DNA from: Patescibacteria group bacterium
GTDB lineage: Bacteria > Patescibacteriota > JAUYIX01 > JBHPHK01
Length of the DNA stretch: 64,000 bases
Direction: 5' to 3'
Assembly (NCBI GenBank): GCA_042569365.1
Contig: JBHPHK010000004.1
Coordinates: 6,113 to 70,112 of the forward strand
Below are positions 19,532-28,675 of the stretch, piece by piece. The notes under the pieces were generated by a model, which worked only from the letters and a program-made list of their open reading frames with translations, had not been told where the DNA came from and did not search any database. Position numbers and translations under genes: made by a program. Numbering within the stretch: position 1 is the stretch's first letter; each line of letters starts with the position of its first letter.

Positions 19532-20575
19532 ATGAAAATAGCTCACCTAACACCAAGCGTTACAAGATTCCCTCCTCGTGGAGACCAGGGACGTTATCGT
19601 TTGGTAAATCTATTAATCGAAGGGCTTAGTGCAAAAAAACATAAAGTAACTTTGTATGCTCACAAGGACTCAACGACCAGTGCTGAACTTATTTCGATTG
19701 ATTCCTTACCGCTTGAGGGCCGTTCTCGTATAGAGAAATTGAAGAATGTGACCCTCTCCACTAATTTATTGATTTCAAGGGCTTATCAAGACGCAAAGAA
19801 GTATGACGTTATTCATAGTCACTTCAATGATAAGCATCTAATGTTTAATGCCTTAGTCGATGTTCCGACAGTTGTTACTCAGCATTGGCCAATAACTGAA
19901 GAGATGGATCATATTTTAAGTCAGGCAAATCTAAAAAATTTACATATCGTTCCGATCTCCAAGGCGCAGAAAAAAGCTAATCCAAAATTGCCATACACTC
20001 AAGTCGTTTACAATGGCATAGAGGTAGACAAGTTCAAATTTCGACCTGAATCAGGCAAATATCTAGCAAACTTAAGTCGTGTTATGCCTGAAAAAGGCAC
20101 TCGTGATGCGATTAAAGTGGCTAATAAAGCAAAATTGCCTTTGGTGATCGCAGGAAAATCTAAACATAGTGATAAGGCGCGGGCATATTGGCCGGAGGTT
20201 GAGAAGGCTCTCATTAAATCGGCTTATGCGAAATACCGCGGCATGATTCCACACAAAGAAGTGTCAAACTTTTTGGGACATGCCAAAGCTCTTATCTTCC
20301 CGATCAAGTGGGAGGAACCTTTTGGGTTGGTCATGATCGAAGCGATGGCTACCGGCACACCGGTGATCGCGTATGGACGCGGGTCTGTCCCTGAGATTGT
20401 GAAAGATGGCGTGACAGGGTTTATTGTGAATTCTGTGCGGGAGATGGCAAAGGCTGTTAAAAAAATTGATCAGATCGATCGCGCCGCTTGTCGTAAACAT
20501 GTGGAAGACAATTTTTCTGTACAGCAGATGGTGGAAGGTTACGAAAAAGTTTATAAATCACTAAAGAAAAAATAA
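19532..20575 (+). CDS. GT4 glycosyltransferase, paralogue 1 of 3
   Basis: 347 aa. It carries the conserved block WEEPFGLVMIEAMATGTPVIAYGRGSVPEIV..GVTGFIV, which is shared with the next two genes. Confidence 0.85.
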   Translation: MKIAHLTPSVTRFPPRGDQGRYRLVNLLIEGLSAKKHKVTLYAHKDSTTSAELISIDSLPLEGRSRIEKLKNVTLSTNLLISRAYQDAKKYDVIHSHFNDKHLMFNALVDVPTVVTQHWPITEEMDHILSQANLKNLHIVPISKAQKKANPKLPYTQVVYNGIEVDKFKFRPESGKYLANLSRVMPEKGTRDAIKVANKAKLPLVIAGKSKHSDKARAYWPEVEKALIKSAYAKYRGMIPHKEVSNFLGHAKALIFPIKWEEPFGLVMIEAMATGTPVIAYGRGSVPEIVKDGVTGFIVNSVREMAKAVKKIDQIDRAACRKHVEDNFSVQQMVEGYEKVYKSLKKK

Positions 20576-20578
20576 ATT

Positions 20579-21634
20579 ATGCGTATTGCGCAGGTTGCTC
20601 CGCTTTATTTGCCAGTTCCTCCACCGGGTAGGGGCGGTATTGAGCTGATGGTTTCATATTTAACTGAAGAATTAGTGAAACGCGGGAACGACGTAACGCT
20701 TTTTGCGAGTGGAGATTCACAGACAAGCGCAAAGCTAGTGAATGGTGCTAAAAAAGCGTTCACTTTTGAAAAAGATTTTGAAAATTGGCAGAAAGGCAAG
20801 TCGAGTGCGCTGACAACTCAACATATTGAGAAAGTATTTGAGCAAGCTGACCAGTTTGAAATCATTCATGGCCATTTTAATCAAATATTCCCGACTGTCG
20901 CTGGTAGATCTAAGACACCATCGGTAATGACGTATCATTTACCGATCAAGCCAGAAGCACATGACAAATATCTGAAGACATCGAACTGTCATTTCGTGTC
21001 ACTGACCAAATCACAGCAGGCTGGCCTGCCAAATTTTATAGGAACTGCACCGAATGGTATTCCGATTGATAAAATTCCGTTTAATGCCAAAAAGAAGAAC
21101 GAACTGATTTTTGTCGGGCGCATGGCTACAAAAAAAGGTCCGCATTATGCAATCGAAGCAGCAGAAAAAACTGGCTTGCCGCTGTTTATGCTCGGAAAAT
21201 CATATCCAAACATCGCAGAATACTGGCAGTACTATCAAGAAAAAGTTAAGCCAAGAATCGATGGAAAGAAAATCAAACACATAGAAGAGGTGTCAAATGT
21301 TGAGGCGCTCAAATATATGAGTCAGGCGCGTGCCTTGCTGATGCCGATCGAATGGGAAGAGCCTTTTGGTCTGGTCATGATCGAGGCAATGGCTACCGGT
21401 ACGCCGGTGATTGCCTTTAGGCACGGTTCTGTTCCAGAAGTAATTGTGGATGGCAAAACAGGCTTTATTGTTGATACAATAGAAGAGATGATTGAAGCGA
21501 TCGGAAAGCTTGATCAAATCAATCCGGCAGATTGTCGCAAACATGTAGAACAAAACTTTACGGTCGAGAAAATGGCTGATGCTTATGAAAATATTTATGA
21601 AAAAATCCTCAAACAAGGCTCCCACAAAAAATAA
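20579..21634 (+). CDS. GT4 glycosyltransferase, paralogue 2 of 3
   Basis: 351 aa. It shares the C-terminal block (WEEPFGLVMIEAMATGTPVIAFRHGSVPEVI) and has the N-terminus MRIAQVAPLYLPVPPPGRGGIE. Confidence 0.85.
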   Translation: MRIAQVAPLYLPVPPPGRGGIELMVSYLTEELVKRGNDVTLFASGDSQTSAKLVNGAKKAFTFEKDFENWQKGKSSALTTQHIEKVFEQADQFEIIHGHFNQIFPTVAGRSKTPSVMTYHLPIKPEAHDKYLKTSNCHFVSLTKSQQAGLPNFIGTAPNGIPIDKIPFNAKKKNELIFVGRMATKKGPHYAIEAAEKTGLPLFMLGKSYPNIAEYWQYYQEKVKPRIDGKKIKHIEEVSNVEALKYMSQARALLMPIEWEEPFGLVMIEAMATGTPVIAFRHGSVPEVIVDGKTGFIVDTIEEMIEAIGKLDQINPADCRKHVEQNFTVEKMADAYENIYEKILKQGSHKK

Positions 21635-22766
21635 GAAACTCAAAATCGCTTTTAACTTAGCGCAGCTCTATGCGCTGCCTGAGGCGACACGAGGTGGCAT
21701 TTTCGCACCACTCACTTTAACGCAGGATATTATTGAGGGGCTAGTCGCGCGCGGTCATCATGTCACTTTCTATGGCCCGCCTGGCGTAAAAACAAAAGCC
21801 CAGAAAAATGTCAGTGGAGATGTTCGCGCTATGCGTAAAGATCTGCGCGATCTTAAGTTGAGCTTTTCTGAATATCATGAACAATACGGTCCGCGCTTTA
21901 ATAACGCCTATCATCATCACGAAAATACTTTAGCGTCAGCACTTATTCAAGATGAACAGAAAGGTAAATTCGATATTATTCACGACTACCATAGTCAGCT
22001 TCTGGTATATCTGGCGCCGACCATCAAAACTCCAACGGTTTTCACACTTCATGATCCTGCGCCAAAAGGCCAGTTTGGCCAGATTCATTTTCAGGATCGA
22101 ATGAAAATGTATGCGAAAAATAATTACATCGCAATCAGTAAACGTCAGGGGCAGCTGATGCCAGGCATAAACGTAAAGAAAGTAATTCATCATGGCATAA
22201 GTCTGCGCCACTGGAAGTTTCAGGTAAAAGCTAAAGGTGACTATCTCGCATTTCTAGGGCGCATTACTCCTAAAAAAGGCTTGCATACAGCGATCGAAGT
22301 TGCAAAACAAACTGGATTGAAGTTACGGATTGTCGGAAAACCTTTCTCGGATCGACCAGATTCATATTGGGCTAAGAAAATTAAGCCACAGATCGATGGT
22401 AAGCAAATTATTTATGATGGATATCACAATCCAAAAGAACATAAGTATCTGTCAGATTTCTTAGGAAACGCAAAGGCATTCTTGATGCCAATCGAATGGG
22501 AAGAACCTTTTGGTCTAGTCATGATCGAGGCAATGGCTACTGGTACACCGGTGATTGCGTTTAAGAAAGGCTCTGTTCCTGAAATCGTTCAACATAAAAA
22601 GACCGGTTTTGTCGTAAATACGAAAGCGCAAATGATAAATGCAGTGAAAGATGTTGATCAGATCAAGCGAGCAAATTGTCGTCGACATGTAGAGAAAAAT
22701 TTCTCGATCGAACGCATGGTGGATGACCACGAAAAACTATATTCTCGGCTAGCTAAGGGCAAATAG
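21579..22766 (+). CDS. GT4 glycosyltransferase, paralogue 3 of 3 (start uncertain)
   Basis: 395 aa with the same C-terminal block (WEEPFGLVMIEAMATGTPVIAFKKGSVPEIV). The 5' end overlaps paralogue 2 by 56 nt, and the true start may be ATG 21597. Confidence 0.8.
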   Translation: MLMKIFMKKSSNKAPTKNKKLKIAFNLAQLYALPEATRGGIFAPLTLTQDIIEGLVARGHHVTFYGPPGVKTKAQKNVSGDVRAMRKDLRDLKLSFSEYHEQYGPRFNNAYHHHENTLASALIQDEQKGKFDIIHDYHSQLLVYLAPTIKTPTVFTLHDPAPKGQFGQIHFQDRMKMYAKNNYIAISKRQGQLMPGINVKKVIHHGISLRHWKFQVKAKGDYLAFLGRITPKKGLHTAIEVAKQTGLKLRIVGKPFSDRPDSYWAKKIKPQIDGKQIIYDGYHNPKEHKYLSDFLGNAKAFLMPIEWEEPFGLVMIEAMATGTPVIAFKKGSVPEIVQHKKTGFVVNTKAQMINAVKDVDQIKRANCRRHVEKNFSIERMVDDHEKLYSRLAKGK

Positions 22767-22815
22767 ATCAATATACAGACGGTCTTTAGTTTGTTACAAT
22801 TGATATTGTAAACTT

Positions 22816-23883
22816 ATGAAGCAACAACATCCCGTTGAACAAATTTTAGATAAGAAAGTCATGGAATCTTTTTTCCGAGAGCATTTCTCGGAGATTGTTC
22901 CTGAGGCTGATGAATATGTTGGGTTGGATCTCAAAATGATTCGACGGTTTGATGGCACCGCATTTTACAACAAAGATGTTCCGGTCACGACTATCAGAGC
23001 GCGATACAAAATAAAATACAAGGAACAGGGCGAAGTTCAAGAAGTAGTCCTATACGGAAAAGCAACATCGACTTTTATTACAGAGCCGGGCAGAATGTCT
23101 CGGGTGCAGAAATATTTATTCGATAAGGTTTATACAAAACCTGAGCTGAGCGTGATAAAACCTCTTGGATATTATCCGGAGCAGAATGTGCTGCTGCGCT
23201 ATGAGGCTCCAGGAGCGACATTGAGATCATACTTAGAAAAAGCAAGTGATAACAAAGAAGAGATAACAAAGGGGTTGATCAATACTGCTCTATGGGCAGC
23301 GCGTCTGCATAAAATAAATAAAGTTCCGAAGTATTTTCCACGCAAGGACGATTTCGCGCTGATACGACACTTCAAAAGAGTGTTTAAGGAGCAAGGTCCT
23401 AAGTCTCTGCTAAAAGAATATACAGAGTTGTATAATGAGTTTATTGAAAAAGCTAAGGCTCAGGAAGAAGGCCTGGAGAAACGATTGATACATGGCGACT
23501 TTCATCCTGATAATGTTTTCATAACCGATGAAGGTTTGATGGCGATTGACTTTGACGATACGGGCCTGAGTGATCCAGCGCAAGATCTCGGAAGCTTTCT
23601 AGTTCAGATGAGGAATATGATTGTGGGGGTCGATCAAGATCAGATCAACGAATGGCAACAGTTATTCCTGGAAAAATATTTTGAGAATAGTGAGATCGGC
23701 GAAAATATAAACGAGCGCATTAATCTTATGCAGGCACGTACTATTTTTAAAAATCTTTCGCATCATGTTTCCAGGCATGATGAAGATTATGACGATGACG
23801 AAAAAATTAAACTAGACTTTGATCACATTAAACAATTGTTCGACTTGGTCGATAATAAAAGCAAAATACTAATTACCTACTAA
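22816..23883 (+). CDS. APH/choline-kinase-fold phosphotransferase
   Basis: It has the kinase catalytic-loop motif LIHGDFHPDNVFI and the metal-binding motif IDFDD. The substrate is unknown. Confidence 0.7.
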   Translation: MKQQHPVEQILDKKVMESFFREHFSEIVPEADEYVGLDLKMIRRFDGTAFYNKDVPVTTIRARYKIKYKEQGEVQEVVLYGKATSTFITEPGRMSRVQKYLFDKVYTKPELSVIKPLGYYPEQNVLLRYEAPGATLRSYLEKASDNKEEITKGLINTALWAARLHKINKVPKYFPRKDDFALIRHFKRVFKEQGPKSLLKEYTELYNEFIEKAKAQEEGLEKRLIHGDFHPDNVFITDEGLMAIDFDDTGLSDPAQDLGSFLVQMRNMIVGVDQDQINEWQQLFLEKYFENSEIGENINERINLMQARTIFKNLSHHVSRHDEDYDDDEKIKLDFDHIKQLFDLVDNKSKILITY

Positions 23884-23887
23884 TCAC

Positions 23888-24826
23888 ATGAAATCTCTAG
23901 ATATCCAAAAGTTTTACGAACACCATAAGCCATTTCAGGTTGATTTGCATATGCACAGTATTCACTCGGATGGGGGCAAGACGCCAGATGAGCTCGTACG
24001 CATGGCAGAAAAAATGAAATTGTCTGTTATTTCTATTACTGATCACCATACAGTGGCCGGATATCATGAAGCGAAAGACACTGCCAAGGCCTTGAATATC
24101 GGCCTTTTGCCGGGGATTGAGATTGATGTTGACTTCAAAGGGTCTAACTATCATTTGATGGGATATGGTTTTGATCCTTATCACAAATGCTTATTAAAAA
24201 TACTAAAAGAGAAACAGCAGGAACGCAAAGAGCGAGCCGCGAAGTTGATTAAAAATTTACAGACAAATAATAAATTTGATATAACACTACGCCAAGTGGA
24301 ATCATTCGGATCAAAAGTAATAGCGAGATACCATATCGTTAAGGCTATTATGGATAGTCCACGCAATCGAGAAAAAGTTTGGTGCGAAGTAAATCCACAT
24401 CCCAATATTTTTGAGATTATCAATTACTATATGGGCAAGGAAAGCGGTAATTATGTTCCCAAAGAGCATTTTACTTTAGACGAAGCCTTAAGTTTAATGC
24501 ATGATGCGGGCGGAATTATTTCAGTTGGCCATCCGGGAGCGTTGCAGGCAGATTGTGATTTGAAATTTAAAATGGATGATAATCTGCGTGATTTGATTAA
24601 GTTAGGAGTTGCGGGCATTGAAGTTTATTCTCCAAAACACCTCCAAGTTGAAGTGAAGCATTATGAAGAATTTGTAAAACAGGAAGGAATTATCGCGACC
24701 GGCGGATCAGATTACCATGGAGTTGAGATTCCGGGAGTGCGCTGGACAGACTTCGTAGTGCCCTATCAAGTTTATGAAGATTTAGAAAAAGTCCTAATAT
24801 TAAAAAAACCACATGCCTCCAAGTAA
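23888..24826 (+). CDS. PHP-domain metal-dependent phosphoesterase
   Basis: The N-terminal motifs VDLHMHSIHSDG and ISITDHHTV, and the C-terminal GGSDYHG, are typical of the PHP (TrpH/YcdX-like) family. Confidence 0.8.
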   Translation: MKSLDIQKFYEHHKPFQVDLHMHSIHSDGGKTPDELVRMAEKMKLSVISITDHHTVAGYHEAKDTAKALNIGLLPGIEIDVDFKGSNYHLMGYGFDPYHKCLLKILKEKQQERKERAAKLIKNLQTNNKFDITLRQVESFGSKVIARYHIVKAIMDSPRNREKVWCEVNPHPNIFEIINYYMGKESGNYVPKEHFTLDEALSLMHDAGGIISVGHPGALQADCDLKFKMDDNLRDLIKLGVAGIEVYSPKHLQVEVKHYEEFVKQEGIIATGGSDYHGVEIPGVRWTDFVVPYQVYEDLEKVLILKKPHASK

Positions 24827-26294
24827 AACACGTAAAATATTATTTGTCTCAGCAGAGATCGATCCGTTTCATAAAGCGGGAGGGTTAGCTGATGTTTCAC
24901 GCGCACTTCCTTTGCAACTCAAGAAAAGAGGGCATGATATTCGCGTGGTAATGCCGTTACACAATTCCGTGGAACGAGACTTTAAAGACCAGCTGGAGCT
25001 TGTCGTAGAAAAAGCGACTGTGCGTTTTGGTAACGATTATATTAATTATTCTATCTGGAAAGGCATGCTGGAGGATAAAATTCCAGCCTACTTCATAGAT
25101 AATCAGGGGTATTTTGCACAGCGCAAAGATCCGTATAACTATGTCGACGATAATAATCGATATGCCTTCTTTGCTCGTGCTGTTTTAGAACTGCCAAAAT
25201 ATATCGATTGGTATCCGGAAGTTATTCATAGCAACGAGTGGGCAACTGGCGGTATTCCGCTCTATTTCCAAAAAGTTTATTGGGAGGATGAAAATTATAA
25301 AGATACGGTTAACGTTTTCACGATTCATAACTTGTTTTACCAGGGTCCTCCGGACCGTGTGGTTAAACGGGATGATGAGATAGACAAAGGTGGTCGGATT
25401 CCCGCTTTTGATTCTCCGCAATTCCAACTTGTGAATTTCTTGAAGAGGGCGATCAATAACACAGATGCCATCACGGCTGTTAGTGAACAATATGCTAAAG
25501 AAATTTTAACTAAGGAATATGGAGGGCTATTAGTGGATGATCTTAACAAGCAAAAAGACCGTCTCTTCGGTATTATGAACGGCATCGAGTATGGTAAATT
25601 TGACCCGGCGGCAGACACGAATATTTATACCAACTATTCTCTCGAGACTCTTGATAAGAAAGTAGAAAACAAACTAGCTCTTCAAAAGGAATTTAAACTG
25701 AAAGTGGATAAAGATGTGCCGTTACTGACTTTTGTAGGACGTTGGTGGGGGCAGAAAGGATTTAGTCTAATAAATAAGATTTTGCCTTACTTACTAAAGT
25801 GTGATGTACAAGTGTTCTTGGTAGGCGAGGGCGATCCTAGATTCCACAGGAGCGTGATTAATTTGCATAAGAAATATAAAGATAAATTAGCGGTCTATGA
25901 TCACTTTTCAGTGGAATATGGTCAGAAGGCCTATGCCGCAGGAGATATGTTTTTGCTCCCGTCTCGTTATGAGCCGGCTGGTCTTGTCCAACTTTTTGCG
26001 CTGCATTACGGAAGTATTCCAATCGTGCGCGCAGTGGGAGGTTTGGTGGATTCGGTTAAGAATTATGATCCAGTCAAAGAAACCGGCAACGGGTTTGTAT
26101 TCAAGGGGTTCAATGCATTTGATTTTTATGCGGCGATCGTTCGTGCGCTAGAGATATATAAATTTAAAGACAAATGGCGCAAGCTTCAAGAGTATGGCAT
26201 GAAACAAGACTTGAGCTGGAAGACGGCCGCCAAGAAATACGAAGAAGTCTACGAATTTGCACTAAAAAATCCGCGACGTCGAATTAAGCCGTAA
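24813..26294 (+). CDS. glgA: glycogen/starch synthase (GT5)
   Basis: It has the N-terminal signature FVSAEIDPFHKAGGLADV and a typical C-terminal region (LLPSRYEPAGLVQLFALHYGSIPIVRAVGGLVDSV). It overlaps the PHP gene by 14 nt. Confidence 0.85.
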   Translation: MPPSKTRKILFVSAEIDPFHKAGGLADVSRALPLQLKKRGHDIRVVMPLHNSVERDFKDQLELVVEKATVRFGNDYINYSIWKGMLEDKIPAYFIDNQGYFAQRKDPYNYVDDNNRYAFFARAVLELPKYIDWYPEVIHSNEWATGGIPLYFQKVYWEDENYKDTVNVFTIHNLFYQGPPDRVVKRDDEIDKGGRIPAFDSPQFQLVNFLKRAINNTDAITAVSEQYAKEILTKEYGGLLVDDLNKQKDRLFGIMNGIEYGKFDPAADTNIYTNYSLETLDKKVENKLALQKEFKLKVDKDVPLLTFVGRWWGQKGFSLINKILPYLLKCDVQVFLVGEGDPRFHRSVINLHKKYKDKLAVYDHFSVEYGQKAYAAGDMFLLPSRYEPAGLVQLFALHYGSIPIVRAVGGLVDSVKNYDPVKETGNGFVFKGFNAFDFYAAIVRALEIYKFKDKWRKLQEYGMKQDLSWKTAAKKYEEVYEFALKNPRRRIKP

Positions 26295-26301
26295 ATAAAA
26301 A

Positions 26302-26333
26302 ACAACCCCGTTATTTTCCGGGGCTGTTTTTTT
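26302..26333. terminator. terminator between convergent glgA and LTD-protein genes
   Basis: A CCCCG...CGGGG hairpin is followed by TTTTTTT on the plus strand. It sits between two convergent stop codons. Confidence 0.6.
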
Positions 26334-26341
26334 ATGTCTTG

Positions 26342-27955
26342 TTATTCAGTTGAACCTTCGCGCTTCTCGCGCCGTCTCAGTCCGACGTAGCTGATCGCCG
26401 CAGTCAACGCAAGGCTTATTAAAATTGAGAACAGTAGAGTTGTAGATCCGGCCTGGAGAAGCGAATCTCCAATACCTCCGCCAGTCTCTGTAGAAATATC
26501 TGCATTGCTACGGGGGAGAATACGATAACCGCTGCTGGTTTGGCTGACGACGCCGGTGATCATAAAGAAGTCGCCTTTTTGTTTGTCGGGCAAGTCGATT
26601 TCCGTGTCCGGATCAACATATATCTTCACAGCTCCTGTGTCATCGTCGAGGTAAAAAGTAGAACCGCTCGTTTCCGTAATATTTCCTTGGACGCGCACTA
26701 ATTTGCCCTCGTAATCTTCATCTGTATCTCCAGTTTTAATATCTGTGGGCGTGATGGGCAGATTTGAGCTTAAAAATTCAATGTCAGATAGGTCAGAAAT
26801 TTTTAGCCGTGTTTCACCTTGGGTGGAGCTTAAAGTTCCTTTGATTTTCAACTTATCGCCTAATGAAAAGTCACTGACAGACAAAGTGCCGACATAAATT
26901 TGCATTCCGCCTGTAGAATCTTCGACGTAAAAATATTTCTCACTTAAAACTCCGGGCTTGACCGTAACAATTGCTTCAACTAAGGCTTCTGCATCAGGAT
27001 CTAGCGTGCGTGCTTCTGCAATGGTCAAGACTTCGTCTGTTGGATCGGGATCAACGGGATCAGTTGGGTCTACAGGATCAATCGGATCGTCTGTAACTAC
27101 GACAGTAGCAACTTCAGAATTTTCAGACTGAGCTCCGTGGGAATCAGTTAATGTTATGCTGACGGTATATTCTCCAGGTGTATCATAAATATATTCTCCG
27201 GACATCTCTGTACTCACTCCTCCATCGCCGAAATTCCAAGCAGCCGTGAAAGAATCGTTTTCTGGATCGGTTGAGATCGCGGCATTATAGGTAGCCGTAA
27301 GAGGCGCTTCGCCTTCATCTGGCGTAATTATCGCTGTGATCTGCGGTGCATCGTTATTATCAATACCAGGACTGGAGCCAAAGGCGTTGGCGCTCTGTGA
27401 CCAATTCATAGGCTCGTTAGTGAGTTCGGGAGAGTTCTTCTCCCAGGAAATTCCTTCGCCTGCGTCACCGGACCAGTCAAAGACGTCAATAATATTTCCA
27501 GTGAAGTCTGTGAGTGTTAAAGTGTCGCCGCTGTTTCCGAGTCCGTTGCCAATACTGGTATCGGCGTAGACTTTGATCATAATAGTTGTGGCGGGATCTG
27601 CATTGGCGGTCAGAAAATCGTTATATTCTCCGGCATACTCCGGGTCAACGATAATAGCACGCGCACCCGGCTCCAAAACTGTCCCTGCTTTGCCCCAGTC
27701 ATAGAGGGTCGTATAGTCTTCGAAAACATCGTTATTATCGGCCGGGTCACCCAGCATCCAGCGCCAGAGATCGATCTCAGAGTCGCCAAGATTGATAAGT
27801 TCGACAAATTCGCCCGTGTCTTCATCGAGCGGGTTGGCCATAACTTCTGTGATACGGATTTGTGATAATACTTCAGCTCGGACAGGACTGATATTAACTG
27901 CAAAACTCGTAAATACAAACGTTAAAATAGAAAAGAGGGCAATAGATTTTTTCAT
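26342..27955 (-). CDS. surface protein: signal peptide + lamin-tail domain + PKD + two OB-like domains + C-terminal TM anchor
   Basis: My preferred start is ATG 27955 (MKKSIALFSILTFVFTSFAVNISPVRA). It has the LTD motif RITEVMANPLDEDTGEFVELINLG and a PKD motif (WNFGDGG). The C-terminus is LLFSILISLALTAAISYVGLRRREKRE. The 91 upstream codons of the track ORF run through a terminator and a mini-ORF. Confidence 0.75.
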   Translation of the reverse strand: MKKSIALFSILTFVFTSFAVNISPVRAEVLSQIRITEVMANPLDEDTGEFVELINLGDSEIDLWRWMLGDPADNNDVFEDYTTLYDWGKAGTVLEPGARAIIVDPEYAGEYNDFLTANADPATTIMIKVYADTSIGNGLGNSGDTLTLTDFTGNIIDVFDWSGDAGEGISWEKNSPELTNEPMNWSQSANAFGSSPGIDNNDAPQITAIITPDEGEAPLTATYNAAISTDPENDSFTAAWNFGDGGVSTEMSGEYIYDTPGEYTVSITLTDSHGAQSENSEVATVVVTDDPIDPVDPTDPVDPDPTDEVLTIAEARTLDPDAEALVEAIVTVKPGVLSEKYFYVEDSTGGMQIYVGTLSVSDFSLGDKLKIKGTLSSTQGETRLKISDLSDIEFLSSNLPITPTDIKTGDTDEDYEGKLVRVQGNITETSGSTFYLDDDTGAVKIYVDPDTEIDLPDKQKGDFFMITGVVSQTSSGYRILPRSNADISTETGGGIGDSLLQAGSTTLLFSILISLALTAAISYVGLRRREKREGSTE

Positions 27956-28044
27956 AAACGATAGATTAGATAAATTAATTTTCTCCAATCTAACACGGCG
28001 CGCATTAAGAAAATCTAAAAAAACAATTAAACTATTTTCACAAA

Positions 28045-28092
28045 ATAAAAAAAGGCTCCCCCTGGAGAAGAAAGGTAGAAAAGAGGGGGAGC
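28045..28092 (-). terminator. rho-independent terminator closing the mini-ORF pair
   Basis: The minus strand reads GGCTCCCCCT-(20-nt loop)-AGGGGGAGCC followed by TTTTTTTATTTT. Confidence 0.7.
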
Positions 28093-28149
28093 CAAGGAGA
28101 AGAAAGGTTATGATGGCCTGCATCTTCTCTGAATGCGCCGAGTGTGGTC

Positions 28150-28221
28150 TTAGTCGGTGACGCAGTCCTTGGAAATAACGGCACCGAAACATCGCGTGCC
28201 TGTACAGCCGAAGTGTCGCAT
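28150..28221 (-). CDS. mini-ORF, 23 aa, MRHFGCTGTRCFGAVISKDCVTD
   Basis: It is preceded by ACAAGGAAGG about 7 nt before the ATG. Its SD context and first 9 nt (ATGCGACAC) are shared with the upstream mini-ORF. It contains three Cys and is below the track cutoff. Confidence 0.45.
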   Translation of the reverse strand: MRHFGCTGTRCFGAVISKDCVTD

Positions 28222-28287
28222 AGAACACCTTCCTTGTTGAGGTTAACAGAATTGGTGGCCAGTCTTCGTTTCAAAGAAGCAGACGAG

Positions 28288-28395
28288 CTAGCCGCCGCCA
28301 GTGGAGGCGCCGAAGAGTATTCCGGTCGTTTCGGAGGTTTTGTTGCCAGCGGCGGTGTCTCTCATACCGCCGGCACAGCCGCCAAGGTGTCGCAT
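28288..28395 (-). CDS. mini-ORF, 35 aa, MRHLGGCAGGMRDTAAGNKTSETTGILFGASTGGG
   Basis: It is preceded by ACAAGGAGAA 6 nt before the ATG. It shares the motif TSE[TN]TGIL with the 47-aa ORF at 28929..29072. Confidence 0.5.
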   Translation of the reverse strand: MRHLGGCAGGMRDTAAGNKTSETTGILFGASTGGG

Positions 28396-28524
28396 AATAG
28401 TTCTCCTTGTAATGGTTTATTTTAAGGCTTAATAAGCCTGTTATTTGTAAGCTGCAATCCATTTATATTATAACCTCTGAAAATAGCAAAAACAAGCAAG
28501 GCGTATTATTTAGGTTTCACAATG

Positions 28525-28669
28525 AAAAAGCGCCCTCCCGGAGTGGTCACAAGGGGAGGGCGCGAAGTGATCTAATCCGGGAAAATTCCCGGAAAAGTGG
28601 GGGCATTACCATGTATGTGGCATTCGAGGGTGCCGCATACTTAGGTTAACGATCTCGAGGCAATCGTTA
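28525..28669 (-). ncRNA. candidate small RNA (~145 nt) or leader, class unknown
   Basis: A promoter lies directly upstream. Four hairpins can be drawn: AACGAT..ATCGTT, GTATGCGGCA..TGCCACATAC, CCGGGA..TCCCGG and GCGCCCTCCC..GGGAGGGCGC+TTTTT. The loops and linkers are C-rich (CCUCGA, CCCUCGA, GCCCCCA). No sensible ORF is present. Confidence 0.5.
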
Positions 28670-28675
28670 CTCAAT

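Noticed and set aside
28109-28159. Plus-strand 16-aa ORF MMACIFSECAECGLSR preceded by AAGGAG
   Set aside because: It lies inside and antisense to the minus-strand terminator and mini-ORF, and no plus-strand promoter is visible. The purine run is the terminator loop and flank. I kept it only as a remote possibility.
27956-28228. N-terminal 91 codons of the 628-aa track ORF (26342..28228)
   Set aside because: The extension crosses a strong terminator hairpin and the 23-aa mini-ORF. A signal-peptide start (MKKSIALF...) at 27955 gives a sensible protein.
28038-28462. Track ORFs 28038..28274(-), 28144..28425(+), 28271..28462(-)
   Set aside because: They are in the wrong frames or strand relative to the SD-led ATGs. 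They have no ribosome-binding site, and their sequences are Arg/Leu-rich, typical of GC-rich off-frames.
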